From Paracoccaceae bacterium (GTDB taxonomy: Bacteria > Pseudomonadota > Alphaproteobacteria > Rhodobacterales > Rhodobacteraceae), in contig JALRHZ010000003.1 in assembly GCA_023259435.1 (NCBI GenBank), positions 3,058-67,057 on the forward strand: DNA of 64,000 nt. The letters run 5' to 3'. The first letter of the stretch is position 1. Each line of letters begins with the position of its first letter. Below the pieces are notes generated by a model. It searched no databases, was not told the origin of the DNA, and was given only the letters and a program-made list of their open reading frames with translations. This document shows, in pieces, positions 38,834 to 48,569 of the stretch. The position numbers and the translations under genes are program-made.

Positions 38834-39737
38834 CCAAGGATACTGTTAAGATACTAAGCGCAGTTGAGACCAAAATCGCAGCAGACACACGTTGCGGCGC
38901 CACCTCATAATGCTTGGCAATCATGAAGATATTCCCTGCTACAGGAAGCGAGGCCGCTGCAATCATAACAGCCGCAGCATAGGGGGTGACGTCAAACACC
39001 ACCAAGGCAAAAAACGCAATCGCCAAAGGGTGCAACACGAGTTTACAAAAACTCAGCCACCCTGCCACCTGCATCCGTTCTGCGGATTTGGACGCCAATG
39101 ACGCCCCAATCGCGAATAGCGCACCAGGCGTAGCAGCAGATCCAAGCAAGGTCATAAACTCATTTAAAGGTGCCGGAATTGGAATGCTAAACGCGGACCA
39201 GAGCAATCCCAGAGTAATCGCAACAATCATCGGGTTTCGCGCAAGGCCAAGCGCCAAAGTACGCAAGATGCCAAAACTCATCCGACCATCCCGCGCGCCA
39301 ACAATGATCATCACAACAAGTGAACCAAAGACCAAAAGATCAACGGCCAATCCCAACATGACATAGCCGATGGCCTCTTCGCCCATCAAAACGGCTAACA
39401 TCGGAATGCCCAAAAATCCCACATTTCCAATCACAGCGCATTGCGCCTCTATCGCCGTTTCCTCAAAGCTCTTACCTGAAAACAAGGCCAAAGCGCTGAC
39501 CAGAATATAGACCACAGTGGTGCCCGCCAAATACGCCCAGACAAATTGCCAATCCATCAAATCCGACAGCGATAAATTGGAGGAAAACCGAAACAACATC
39601 GCGGACAAAGCAAAATAAAAGACAAACTTTGTCAGATAGGCTGTGGCCTCTTCTGAAAAGAACTTTGTGCGCCCCGAGATATAACCCAATGCGATAATGG
39701 CGAAAAAGGGCACAGTCTTTAAAAATATTGCGATCAT
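38802..39737 (-). CDS. AEC (auxin efflux carrier) family transporter
   Basis: About 10 TM helices. The MIAIFLKTVPFFAII start is typical of the family. Its 3' end overlaps the desaturase 3' end by 32 nt (convergent). Confidence 0.8.
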   Translation of the reverse strand: MIAIFLKTVPFFAIIALGYISGRTKFFSEEATAYLTKFVFYFALSAMLFRFSSNLSLSDLMDWQFVWAYLAGTTVVYILVSALALFSGKSFEETAIEAQCAVIGNVGFLGIPMLAVLMGEEAIGYVMLGLAVDLLVFGSLVVMIIVGARDGRMSFGILRTLALGLARNPMIVAITLGLLWSAFSIPIPAPLNEFMTLLGSAATPGALFAIGASLASKSAERMQVAGWLSFCKLVLHPLAIAFFALVVFDVTPYAAAVMIAAASLPVAGNIFMIAKHYEVAPQRVSAAILVSTALSILTVSLVMALVAPLYL

Positions 39738-39779
39738 ATCCGAACCCTTAACCGAGGTGCGCAAAGGGTCAAATAGTTT

Positions 39780-40754
39780 TTAACCGCTGCCGATCAAAAC
39801 ACCGGCGGCAAACACCATCGCACCACCTAAAACAACTTGAAAGGCGGCTCTGAAAAACGGGGTGTCCATGTATTTGTTTTGGATCCACGCAATCGCCCAC
39901 AACTCAAGGAACACAACAACAAAGGCCGTAATCGTGGCGGTCCAAAAATCAGGGATCAAATACGGAAGAGCATGCCCTAGTCCGCCAACCGTTGTCATGA
40001 TCCCCGAGGCAAACCCCCGTTTCCATGGCGACCCCCGCCCAGATAATTCACCATCATCCGAGGCTGCCTCGGTAAACCCCATAGAAATCCCCGCACCAAC
40101 CGACGCGGCGAGTCCTACTAAAAACGTGGTCCATGTGTCTTGGGTGGCAAACGCCGTTGCAAAAATAGGCGCCAAGGTCGAGACAGATCCATCCATCAAA
40201 CCTGCAAGACCGGGCTGCACCCAAGTCAAGACAAACTGTTTGTGCGCTGTCGCCTTTTCGTCATCTGCCTCTTCTCCAGACAAATGCGCCTGTTCCAATG
40301 CATGTGCTTTGGCATGATGCCTTGCTTCAGCCTGCGCCAAATCCCCAAGCAACTTTCGCACCTCTGGATCCGTGGCCGCGCCTGCCGCTTTGAGGTAAAA
40401 CATCTCAGCTGCACGTTCCATCGCGGCGGCCTCATCACGTATTTGGTCCAAGGATAAATTATACGACAACCACATAGGTTTACGCGCATAAAATCCTGCA
40501 ACATGTTCGCGCCGGATCAAAGGAATAGTATCGCCATATTTTGCTTGGAACAGGTCAATCAATACCCGACGGTGTTCATCTTCTTCCACAGCCATCTCAC
40601 GAAACATAGCGGCAGAGGCAGGAAAATCTGGCTCTAATTGGGCAGCAAAACTCCGGTAAATGCGCGCATCATCTTCTTCTGAAGAAATCGCAAGCCCAAG
40701 AACTTCTTGCACCGTCAAATCGCTAAATTTCTGTCGTTGTGAAAAGAAACGCAT
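39780..40754 (-). CDS. mbfA: membrane-bound ferritin-like iron exporter (erythrin-VIT1/CCC1 fusion)
   Basis: N-terminal ferritin-like/erythrin domain with E..H motifs (EEDEHR, AEARHH). C-terminal VIT1 TM domain. A perfect ICE lies immediately upstream. The start is ATG 40754 or 40766. Confidence 0.85.
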   Translation of the reverse strand: MRFFSQRQKFSDLTVQEVLGLAISSEEDDARIYRSFAAQLEPDFPASAAMFREMAVEEDEHRRVLIDLFQAKYGDTIPLIRREHVAGFYARKPMWLSYNLSLDQIRDEAAAMERAAEMFYLKAAGAATDPEVRKLLGDLAQAEARHHAKAHALEQAHLSGEEADDEKATAHKQFVLTWVQPGLAGLMDGSVSTLAPIFATAFATQDTWTTFLVGLAASVGAGISMGFTEAASDDGELSGRGSPWKRGFASGIMTTVGGLGHALPYLIPDFWTATITAFVVVFLELWAIAWIQNKYMDTPFFRAAFQVVLGGAMVFAAGVLIGSG

Positions 40755-40767
40755 CTCACCCACCATT

Positions 40768-40784
40768 TTTAGAATAATTCTAAA
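40768..40784. promoter_or_regulatory. Irr iron control element (ICE) TTTAGAA-TAA-TTCTAAA
   Basis: Perfect match to the palindromic ICE consensus TTTAGAA-N3-TTCTAAA. It abuts the mbfA start region. Confidence 0.8.
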
Positions 40785-40806
40785 GTAGTGACAAGCTGAC
40801 CAAATT

Positions 40807-41295
40807 TCAACCAGTTAAACGACGATACATGACAAAGGCATCCACATATCCATCTACTGGATGCAAAAACGCATCCGGCAAGCGCCCGACAATCTCAAAC
40901 CCATAGTTTTGCCACGTGGCAACCGCACGGGTATTGTTTGACACAACAAAATTATACTGCATCGCACGATACCCAAGCGCGCGCGCCGTCTCTAAACTAT
41001 GCTCAAGCATGGCACGCGCCACGCCCTGCCCACGTGCTAAAGGATGCGTCACATATCCACAATTACAAACATGCGACCCGCCACCCTGTTGATTAGGCCG
41101 AAGATAATACGTTCCAACAATGCGCCCCTCGTGCTCGACAACAAATGTTTCATGCGCGGTCCAATAGTCAACCGCATCAAACCGAGAAATATCAGGATCA
41201 ATCGTGTATGTATCACCGGCACGAAAAACGGGCTCAAGGACCGCCCAAACTCCCGCCGCATCATTTGATACATAACCTCGCAATAGCACGAGCAT
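40807..41295 (-). CDS. GNAT family N-acetyltransferase
   Basis: 162 aa with acetyl-CoA binding motif [18 protein letters not shown]. Confidence 0.8.
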   Translation of the reverse strand: MLVLLRGYVSNDAAGVWAVLEPVFRAGDTYTIDPDISRFDAVDYWTAHETFVVEHEGRIVGTYYLRPNQQGGGSHVCNCGYVTHPLARGQGVARAMLEHSLETARALGYRAMQYNFVVSNNTRAVATWQNYGFEIVGRLPDAFLHPVDGYVDAFVMYRRLTG

Positions 41296-41333
41296 AGTCC
41301 TTCTTTGATATCAAAATACTCTCGCCAAAGGCG

Positions 41334-41356
41334 AAAAAAACGGGCCAAAGGCCCGC
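41334..41356 (-). terminator. rho-independent terminator downstream of adhC
   Basis: Stem CGGGCC/GGCCCG, followed on the minus strand by TTTTTTT. Confidence 0.7.
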
Positions 41357-41361
41357 TTTGA

Positions 41362-42474
41362 TCAGTACACCACAACCGAACGAATGCTCTCGCCGGCATG
41401 CATAAGATCAAACCCTTTATTGATCTCATCTAGGGTCAAGGTATGGGTGATCATTGGATCGATTTCGATCTTGCCATCCATATACCACTCAACGATCTTT
41501 GGCACATCTGTCCGCCCACGCGCACCGCCAAATGCCGTGCCTTTCCAAACACGCCCAGTCACAAGCTGGAACGGCCGTGTAGAGATCTCTGCCCCAGCAG
41601 GGGCCACACCAATGATGATGCTTTCACCCCATCCCTTATGGGCGCTTTCCAACGCAGTGCGCATCACCTGAACATTGCCGGTTGCATCAAACGTATAATC
41701 CGCACCACCCTTGGTCAAATTGACCAAGTAAGGCACCAAATCGCCCTCGACCTCGGCAGGATTTACAAAATCGGTCATCCCAAAACGCTCTGCCATGGCT
41801 TTTTTGTCAGTATTCAAATCAACACCGACAATCTGATCCGCACCGGCAAGGCGTAGGCCTTGGATCACATTCAATCCAATCCCACCTAGTCCGAATACAA
41901 TGGCGCGGCTGCCAATTTCGACTTTGGCCGTATTGATCACGGCTCCGATCCCCGTGGTCACACCACAGCCAATATAACAAACCTTATCAAAAGGTGCGTC
42001 TGGATGTATCTTAGCAAGCGCGATTTCAGGTAGAACTGTGTGATTTGAGAATGTTGAACAGCCCATGTAGTGCAAGATAGGCGTCCCATCCAACATGCTA
42101 AACCGAGATGTCCCATCCGGCATCACCCCGCGCCCTTGCGTTTCACGAATAGCTTGGCATAGGTTCGTTTTGGGATGCAAACAATACTCGCACTCGCGGC
42201 ATTCCGGTGTGTAGAGCGGGATCACATGATCCCCCACTTTCAAATCTTTGACACCGGGTCCCACCTCGACAACGACGCCGGCTCCTTCATGACCTAGAAT
42301 CGCGGGAAACATCCCTTCTGGGTCCGCACCCGACAGCGTGAATTCATCTGTGTGGCAAATACCTGTTGCCTTGATCTCGACCAAGACCTCCCCCTCTTTT
42401 GGGCCATCTAGGTTTACTTCCATCACCTCAAGCGGCTTGCCCGCCTCTAATGCAACAGCTGCACGTGTACGCAT
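41362..42474 (-). CDS. adhC: S-(hydroxymethyl)glutathione dehydrogenase / class III alcohol dehydrogenase (GSNO reductase)
   Basis: [18 protein letters not shown]. start. Zn ligands GICHTDE, structural Zn cysteines (CRECEYC), and NAD fold FGLGGIGL. Confidence 0.93.
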   Translation of the reverse strand: MRTRAAVALEAGKPLEVMEVNLDGPKEGEVLVEIKATGICHTDEFTLSGADPEGMFPAILGHEGAGVVVEVGPGVKDLKVGDHVIPLYTPECRECEYCLHPKTNLCQAIRETQGRGVMPDGTSRFSMLDGTPILHYMGCSTFSNHTVLPEIALAKIHPDAPFDKVCYIGCGVTTGIGAVINTAKVEIGSRAIVFGLGGIGLNVIQGLRLAGADQIVGVDLNTDKKAMAERFGMTDFVNPAEVEGDLVPYLVNLTKGGADYTFDATGNVQVMRTALESAHKGWGESIIIGVAPAGAEISTRPFQLVTGRVWKGTAFGGARGRTDVPKIVEWYMDGKIEIDPMITHTLTLDEINKGFDLMHAGESIRSVVVY

Positions 42475-42598
42475 TTTTCCCTCCCTTAAAATTAGGTCCA
42501 ATCTGGCCTGCTAAAGCGTTTTATTACGACAACCCTATCACAGACACAACAAAGGCGCCGCCCTAAGGCGACACCCAAAGGTCAAATTCGACCGACGT

Positions 42599-43033
42599 TT
42601 ATTTCTTGATGCGATAGGGTTTGTGACAGGCGCTACATGCGGCACCTACATTGCCGACACTGGCCTGCAGTGCCTCTAGCGATGAAGTCTCGACCCCCTC
42701 AACAGCAAATTCCAGATCCTCAGCTTTGGACACGAAATCATCCCAGTTTTCCCAAATGGCGGGTGCCGCTTCGGATTTAGGATCCATCTCATTGGCTTCG
42801 AACAATGCTGGAACCTGTCCAGATAGCGTCAACAGCTCTTGCATTGCCTGTTCGGCCTGCGCTTGGTCATAGGCCACTTTTCCGCGGGCCATTCCGCCCA
42901 ATACGCCAAAGTTATTTTTGACCGCGTCCATGACCATCATGCGCGCTTTGACCGCTTCGTTTTGCACCCCGTCATGTGCCACAACAGGCAGACCTAACAT
43001 GACAATACATACTGTGGTGAATATCTTTTTCAT
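42599..43033 (-). CDS. cycP: cytochrome c-prime (class II cytochrome c)
   Basis: Signal peptide, a four-helix-bundle-sized protein (144 aa), and a single haem motif CSACH close to the C-terminus. Confidence 0.85.
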   Translation of the reverse strand: MKKIFTTVCIVMLGLPVVAHDGVQNEAVKARMMVMDAVKNNFGVLGGMARGKVAYDQAQAEQAMQELLTLSGQVPALFEANEMDPKSEAAPAIWENWDDFVSKAEDLEFAVEGVETSSLEALQASVGNVGAACSACHKPYRIKK

Positions 43034-43145
43034 TATCTGTACCCCTTTTTTCTATCGTTTTAACATAGCACTTCATCCCGTTATGCCAAATCACAGTTTT
43101 GCAACATCGAATAAGACCCTTGGTTTTGGCGGATAAATTCAATAA

Positions 43146-43160
43146 GAACAAAAAGTGAAC
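43146..43160 (+). promoter_or_regulatory. alphaproteobacterial LexA (SOS) box GAAC-AAAAAGT-GAAC
   Basis: Exact GAAC-N7-GAAC direct repeat, 16 nt upstream of the imuB ATG at 43176. Confidence 0.6.
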
Positions 43161-43175
43161 ATAAATGAGATTCGT

Positions 43176-44837
43176 ATGCCACATCGCCGCGTTTTATGTC
43201 TATGGTTTCCACGGTTCGATGCTGAAATTCACCTTAGACGTCACAAAAACACCGCTCACACTATGCCGTTTGGCATCGTGCAGCAGACTGGCACCCAACA
43301 AGTTCTATACTCTCTAAACACAGCCGCCAGTGCCTTAGGCCTATATTGTGGTCAGCCGTTACGAGATGCCTTGGCAATGGCGCCACAGTTGCAAACAACG
43401 CGACATACGCCCTCGCGCAGCAAACAGCACCTAATGGCCTTGGCGCGATGGGCCGGACAATATTCCCCTTGGGTGGCCCTTTCCATACCAGATGGGTTGA
43501 ACCTTGATATTACGGGATGCGCGCATCTTTTCGGGGGCGAAGAGGCGCTGATTACGGACATTCAAACGCGCTGTTTGCAGATGGGGCTAAGTGTACGCTG
43601 CGGTCTTGCCGATACGCTTGGCGCGGCATGGGCGATTTCACGATATTCAGGGCAAACCTCGGAAAGACCTCATTCCGGTGATGCCATAGACCAAGAAGCC
43701 CGCGCCACCCGCGCACGTGCTGCAAAGCGACGCTCATGGGAACGTGGCGGGACAGCGCGCGCATATGAGCAAACGCTGCAGTCAGCCCAATCCATCATCC
43801 CAATCGGACAAGCACGTAAAATGTTATGTGACCTCCCCGCTGCAGCTTTGCGGATTGAACCGCAAACTGTTGAGCACTTATCGCGCCTTGGTTTGCGCTG
43901 TATCGGGGATATCTTGGAACAACCTCGCACTGCGCTTGCGCGACGGTTTGGGAAAGATTTGATCTTACGTTTGGACCAAGCCCTTGGAAGCTGTCCAGAA
44001 CCACTTTCACCGTTAAAAGATGTCCCCCATTTTGGTGTGCGTCTCAGCTTTCCAGAGCCCATTGGAACAACCCCAGACATCATCGCGGGTTTTGACAAAA
44101 TTGCGCCAACCTTGTGTGAAAAGCTAAAACAGCATGGACAGGGTGTGCGCCTGTTGCAAGTCGAGGCCTCACTCACGGATGGCACACTGCAAACCTTGAA
44201 AATTGGCTTGGCCCAGCCAACCCACGACCCAGACAAAATACGCCCTTTGCTCTTGCTTAAGGTCGATGACATCGATCCGGGATTTGGCATCGACATGCTC
44301 CGTCTTGTGGCACTACATTGCGAACCCGTGCACAGCCATCAACATAGCGGCCATATGCACGCCTCAGAACAGGCACGCCAAACCCATGTCGCCAACCAAG
44401 ACGCAATTGCAGATCTTGTTGGACGTCTTGGCACGCGGGTTGGGCTAGAGGCCATCACATGCGTGCATCCTAGCGACAGTCACATCCCCGAAAAATCCGC
44501 GCAAATACGATCAGCTGCGTGGTCAAAACTGGCTCCGTCTTGGCCCCAAACACCCAATATGCGCCCGATTGTGGCTTGGCCCCCCGAAGCGTTGAATGTG
44601 CCCCCCGTTACAACACCACCTGCAGTCTTTCGGTGGCGCAATCAAACCTGCACAATCCACAAGGCCTTTGGCCCCGAACGCATCGCCCCTGAATGGTGGT
44701 TTGATGATCCCAATTGGCGGACAGGACAACGCGATTACTGGCGCGTTTTATGCGAGAACGGATACATGCTGTGGATTTACTACGCACATGGCGGATCACT
44801 CAGTGCAGGCTGGTTTTGTCAGGGAAGCTTCCTATAA
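43176..44837 (+). CDS. imuB: Y-family polymerase-like mutasome protein ImuB
   Basis: N-terminus RRVLCLWFPRF..E...R, LGL..G..L.DA.A..P.L and L..LA.WA..YSPWVA match ImuB. Start moved to 43176 because the upstream GTG lies inside the LexA box. Confidence 0.85.
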   Translation: MPHRRVLCLWFPRFDAEIHLRRHKNTAHTMPFGIVQQTGTQQVLYSLNTAASALGLYCGQPLRDALAMAPQLQTTRHTPSRSKQHLMALARWAGQYSPWVALSIPDGLNLDITGCAHLFGGEEALITDIQTRCLQMGLSVRCGLADTLGAAWAISRYSGQTSERPHSGDAIDQEARATRARAAKRRSWERGGTARAYEQTLQSAQSIIPIGQARKMLCDLPAAALRIEPQTVEHLSRLGLRCIGDILEQPRTALARRFGKDLILRLDQALGSCPEPLSPLKDVPHFGVRLSFPEPIGTTPDIIAGFDKIAPTLCEKLKQHGQGVRLLQVEASLTDGTLQTLKIGLAQPTHDPDKIRPLLLLKVDDIDPGFGIDMLRLVALHCEPVHSHQHSGHMHASEQARQTHVANQDAIADLVGRLGTRVGLEAITCVHPSDSHIPEKSAQIRSAAWSKLAPSWPQTPNMRPIVAWPPEALNVPPVTTPPAVFRWRNQTCTIHKAFGPERIAPEWWFDDPNWRTGQRDYWRVLCENGYMLWIYYAHGGSLSAGWFCQGSFL

Positions 44838-44887
44838 CCCTTGACCCACAGGAACGAACAGACACCCTGCCAAAGCACCGCTTTGGC

Positions 44888-44931
44888 GCGGGGGTGTGGC
44901 CCTCGATGGGCCACACCCCCGCATTTTCTTT
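44888..44931 (+). terminator. rho-independent terminator downstream of imuB
   Basis: Perfect 15-bp stem GCGGGGGTGTGGCCC/GGGCCACACCCCCGC, 5-nt loop, then ATTTTCTTT. Confidence 0.8.
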
Positions 44932-44937
44932 AAATAC

Positions 44938-45753
44938 TCACAAAACCATGTGACGATTGACGTCTTTGTACAACAGATACCTGAAACGCCCAGGGCCACC
45001 GGCATAACAGGCCTGTGGGCAAAAGGCGCGAAGCCACATGAAATCACCGGCTTCCACCTCAACCCAATCTTGGTTCAGCCGATAAACGGCCTTGCCCTCT
45101 AAGACATACAACCCATGTTCCATCACATGCGTCTCTGCAAATGGGATCACTGCACCTGGTTCGAATGTCACGATATTCACATGCATGTCATGCCGCATAT
45201 CTTCAGGGTCGGCAAAACGCTGGGTCGCCCATTTTCCTTCGGTTCCTGGCATCGGGGACAAAGGCACATCTGCCTCATGCGTAACAAAGGCATCAGGAGC
45301 ATCCAGTCCCTCCACCCAGTGATAGGCTTTGCGCACCCAATGAAAGGTCGCGGTGTCCCCCGACGTGTTCCGAATGGACCATTGCGTCCCAGCTGGCAAA
45401 TAGGCATAGCCGCCCGCCGTTAAATGATGTGTGCCGCCGTCGAACTCTAATGACACCTCACCATCCACCACAAACAAAACTGCCTGCGCCTCGGGATCGG
45501 TTTCCGGACGATCACTTCCCCCCTTAGGAGACAGCTCAACGATATATTGGCTAAAGGTTTCGGCAAACCCCGACAGAGGGCGGGCAATCACCCACATCCG
45601 CATGCCTGTCCAAAATGGAAGTGATGAGGTCACAATATCACTGAACGTGCCCTTGGGGATAACCGCATAGGCCTCGGTGAACATCGCACGATCTGTCAAA
45701 ATCTGCGTTTGAGGCGGCAGGCCGCCACGGGGGGTGTGATAAGATTGGGTCAT
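44938..45753 (-). CDS. allE: (S)-ureidoglycine aminohydrolase (bicupin)
   Basis: 271-aa bicupin. The N-terminus (T.RGGLPPQT.......F.EAY.VIPKG...DIVTS.LP.W) matches the YlbA/UGlyAH family. Confidence 0.75.
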   Translation of the reverse strand: MTQSYHTPRGGLPPQTQILTDRAMFTEAYAVIPKGTFSDIVTSSLPFWTGMRMWVIARPLSGFAETFSQYIVELSPKGGSDRPETDPEAQAVLFVVDGEVSLEFDGGTHHLTAGGYAYLPAGTQWSIRNTSGDTATFHWVRKAYHWVEGLDAPDAFVTHEADVPLSPMPGTEGKWATQRFADPEDMRHDMHVNIVTFEPGAVIPFAETHVMEHGLYVLEGKAVYRLNQDWVEVEAGDFMWLRAFCPQACYAGGPGRFRYLLYKDVNRHMVL

Positions 45754-45854
45754 TCAGGTTCCTTATGCTCTAGGATCACAATACCATCCACGCACAACAA
45801 CGGCTAGTTCGCAAACCGATAAGAACCCTCAGGCGTTTTTTGAAAATCGATCTT

Positions 45855-47156
45855 TCACAAATCAGGCTGCCCAACGACGACAAACTTTAACGCACCTTCC
45901 GACAAAAGGCGGCGTGCAACGCGTGACACATCTTGAGGTGTAACCGCATTTACAAGATCATTGCGAATATCGACATACTCAGGCGCACGCCCTTGCAACT
46001 GCATCCCTGTCAAAATCCCCGCAATACGACCATTGCCGTCAAACCGCAGAGGATAGGCACCTGTTAAATACGTCTTGGCGCGGTTCACCTCATCCGCAGT
46101 CACTCCATTTTCTGCAATGTCGCGCCACACATCACGTACAACCTCAATCGCCTGCGCGACACGGTCGTTTGCCGTGGCAAAGCGCCCAACAATCAGGTCC
46201 GAGTATTTCCGCGATGCCAAAGAAGTCCCAACCCCATAGGTCAACCCACGCTTTTCACGCAGTTCAGTCATCAGACGGTTTTCAAAATTCCCCCCGCCCA
46301 AAATGACATTCAAAACAAAGGCTGCAAAGAAATCATCATCTTTTTCGTCAATGCCCTTATGCCCGAATAGGATCACAGATTGCGGTGTTGGATAGTCAAC
46401 AACTTGGACACCTGCATCAAGTGTAAGATCCGCTAGATTAGGCAAGGGCCACGCAGAGGCATCAGGTAAATCACCCAATAGTCGATCCACAAGAGACACC
46501 GCCTGTTGCGCAGTCACATCTCCCACAATCGAGACCATGGCCCGATCCTTGGTCAAGGCTGCTTTATGCGCTGCTTTCAAATCCGCCTGTGTCAGTGCAC
46601 CTATGGTTTCCAGCGTCCCATCTTGGGACGTACCATAGGGATGCTTGCCAAAAATTGTCCCATTCCATGACCAAGCAGCGATATCATTTTGGTCTTTCTC
46701 GCGTGAGCGGATAGATGTCTCAACTTGGGCCCGCACACGCTCGATTGCATCTTGATCAAATCGTGGAGCCACCAAAGATTGACGCAATAAATCAATAGAC
46801 GACGCCGCATTATCGGTCAAAAACCGAGCCGAAACTGATAGGCTATCCGAATATGCACTATAACCAAAACTAGCGGCAAGTTCCTCGCGCGTGGTTGCAA
46901 AGCCCTGCGCATCCAAATCACCTGCGCCTTCCTCTAACAGCCCCATCATTAGGTTTGTCACACCCCGTTTCTCTTGTGGCTCAGAAGAGGTGCCGCCATC
47001 AAATCCGACCTCTAATGCCACAAAAGGAAGCGTATGGTCTTCGACCAGCCAGATTGGGATCCCATCTTTACTTTGCAACGTTTGAATTTCAATCGCATGG
47101 CCTGCAACGCCCCAAAAGAGGGTGGTCAGACCGAATAAGAACTTTACCAAAGTCAT
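45855..47156 (-). CDS. M16 family peptidase, non-catalytic (no HxxEH) subunit
   Basis: M16 fold without a zinc motif. Signal peptide after the ATG at 47156, which forms an ATGA overlap with the upstream M16 gene. Confidence 0.85.
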   Translation of the reverse strand: MTLVKFLFGLTTLFWGVAGHAIEIQTLQSKDGIPIWLVEDHTLPFVALEVGFDGGTSSEPQEKRGVTNLMMGLLEEGAGDLDAQGFATTREELAASFGYSAYSDSLSVSARFLTDNAASSIDLLRQSLVAPRFDQDAIERVRAQVETSIRSREKDQNDIAAWSWNGTIFGKHPYGTSQDGTLETIGALTQADLKAAHKAALTKDRAMVSIVGDVTAQQAVSLVDRLLGDLPDASAWPLPNLADLTLDAGVQVVDYPTPQSVILFGHKGIDEKDDDFFAAFVLNVILGGGNFENRLMTELREKRGLTYGVGTSLASRKYSDLIVGRFATANDRVAQAIEVVRDVWRDIAENGVTADEVNRAKTYLTGAYPLRFDGNGRIAGILTGMQLQGRAPEYVDIRNDLVNAVTPQDVSRVARRLLSEGALKFVVVGQPDL

Positions 47157-48502
47157 TGATCTGTCTCCTCTTGTGCAAGCAAATAACCTGTCACCGAAGC
47201 ATTTATATCCAAGACCTCTTTGGCGGTTTGAATGATGTCCTCGGGCGTTATGGATTGAATGATATCTGGCCAAGCGTGGATATCCTCCAAGGTCAATCCA
47301 CTCGACAAAGCCGCACCGTAGGAATTGGCAAGCCCCTCTGTGCTGTCCATGCGATAAATGTCACTGGCCTTAAATTGCCGTTTGATCCGTGCTAACTGGA
47401 CCGGATCAATACCTGCGTCCAAGACATCCAAAACCACTTGGTCAAGTGCCTGTTCAGCCTCTTCAAGCGATACATCCGGACGCGGCACAATGACAAGTCC
47501 AAAAGAACTATCGTCCAAAGACAAACCTGAATAAAAAGCGCCTGTATAGACGGCGACCTGTTTCTCAAACTGAAGCTTCTGCGTCAAAACCGAGGTCTGG
47601 CCACCCCCTAAAACTTCAGCAAATAATGTAAGCGCAGCAGCTTTGCGCTGATCCCCTGGATCCCGTTCAGGCGCTAGATAGCTGCGCATCACATAGGGTT
47701 GCGACACGCGTGGATCTTTGAACGTCATTCGGCGCGGCGACGTATGTGGCGGCTCTTGCGGACGTTCACGCGGCTGTAGATCAGGGTTGGGTGGGATCAC
47801 CCCATAATAGGTCTGCGCAAGCTGACGCACCTGTGAGGGGTCCACATCGCCAGCCACCACTAACGTGGCATTATTCGGGGCATAATACGTTCTGTAATAG
47901 GCCAAGGCATCCTCAAGATCGAGGTTTTCCATCTCGTGGCGCCACCCAATGATCGGCACGCCATAGCGATGGTTTAGATATAATGCAGCGTTGCGTTGCT
48001 CACGAAACAGCGATCCGGGATCCGTTTCGACACGCTGGTTTCGCTCTTCAATGATGACATCGCGTTCTGTCAAAATATCATCCGGACCAATATCAAGATT
48101 GACCATGCGATCCGCTTCCATGCGCATCATCAATTCCAAACGGTCCGCAGCAACACGTTGGTAATAGGCAGTGTAATCATAACTTGTAAACGCATTGTCA
48201 CTTCCGCCGTTTTCAGCAACAACGCGCGATAGTTCCCCGGCCTCAAGCGTTTTGGTCTGTTTAAATAAAAGATGCTCTAGAAAATGGGCAACGCCTGAAA
48301 CACCCGGCTGTTCATCTGCCGAACCTGCTTTGTACCAGACCATATGAACCACAACGGGCGCGCGGTGATCTTCGATCACGACAACATCCATTCCGTTCTC
48401 TAGTGTGAAGGACGTCACACGATCCTCAATCTCAAACGCAAGAGACACAGACACCGTCGCCAAGACAGCGGCAAGACCAATCATAAGTAAGCGCATTTGC
48501 AA
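47153..48502 (-). CDS. M16 family zinc peptidase, catalytic subunit
   Basis: Inverted zinc motif HFLEH (GVAHFLEHLLFK). Signal peptide. 449 aa. Confidence 0.88.
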   Translation of the reverse strand: MQMRLLMIGLAAVLATVSVSLAFEIEDRVTSFTLENGMDVVVIEDHRAPVVVHMVWYKAGSADEQPGVSGVAHFLEHLLFKQTKTLEAGELSRVVAENGGSDNAFTSYDYTAYYQRVAADRLELMMRMEADRMVNLDIGPDDILTERDVIIEERNQRVETDPGSLFREQRNAALYLNHRYGVPIIGWRHEMENLDLEDALAYYRTYYAPNNATLVVAGDVDPSQVRQLAQTYYGVIPPNPDLQPRERPQEPPHTSPRRMTFKDPRVSQPYVMRSYLAPERDPGDQRKAAALTLFAEVLGGGQTSVLTQKLQFEKQVAVYTGAFYSGLSLDDSSFGLVIVPRPDVSLEEAEQALDQVVLDVLDAGIDPVQLARIKRQFKASDIYRMDSTEGLANSYGAALSSGLTLEDIHAWPDIIQSITPEDIIQTAKEVLDINASVTGYLLAQEETDQ

Positions 48503-48569
48503 CCTCCATCTCTCTTACAGATACGAGGGTTTGATCCAAGATCAAGCAAAGTTAACCAATTTGTGAAGC

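Noticed and set aside
41304-41315. 12-bp palindrome TTTGATATCAAA upstream of the GNAT gene as an FNR/CRP box
   Set aside because: FNR/CRP-type sites need TTGAT-N4-ATCAA. Here the half-sites abut with no spacer, so it does not fit the family. It may be fortuitous or bind something else.
44899-44911. Shared 13-mer GCCCTCGATGGGC in the imuB terminator and in the hairpin at 54533-54545 (possible REP-like element)
   Set aside because: Dozens of 13-mer coincidences are expected among all position pairs in 64 kb. The flanks do not match. The two are most simply independent GC-rich hairpins.
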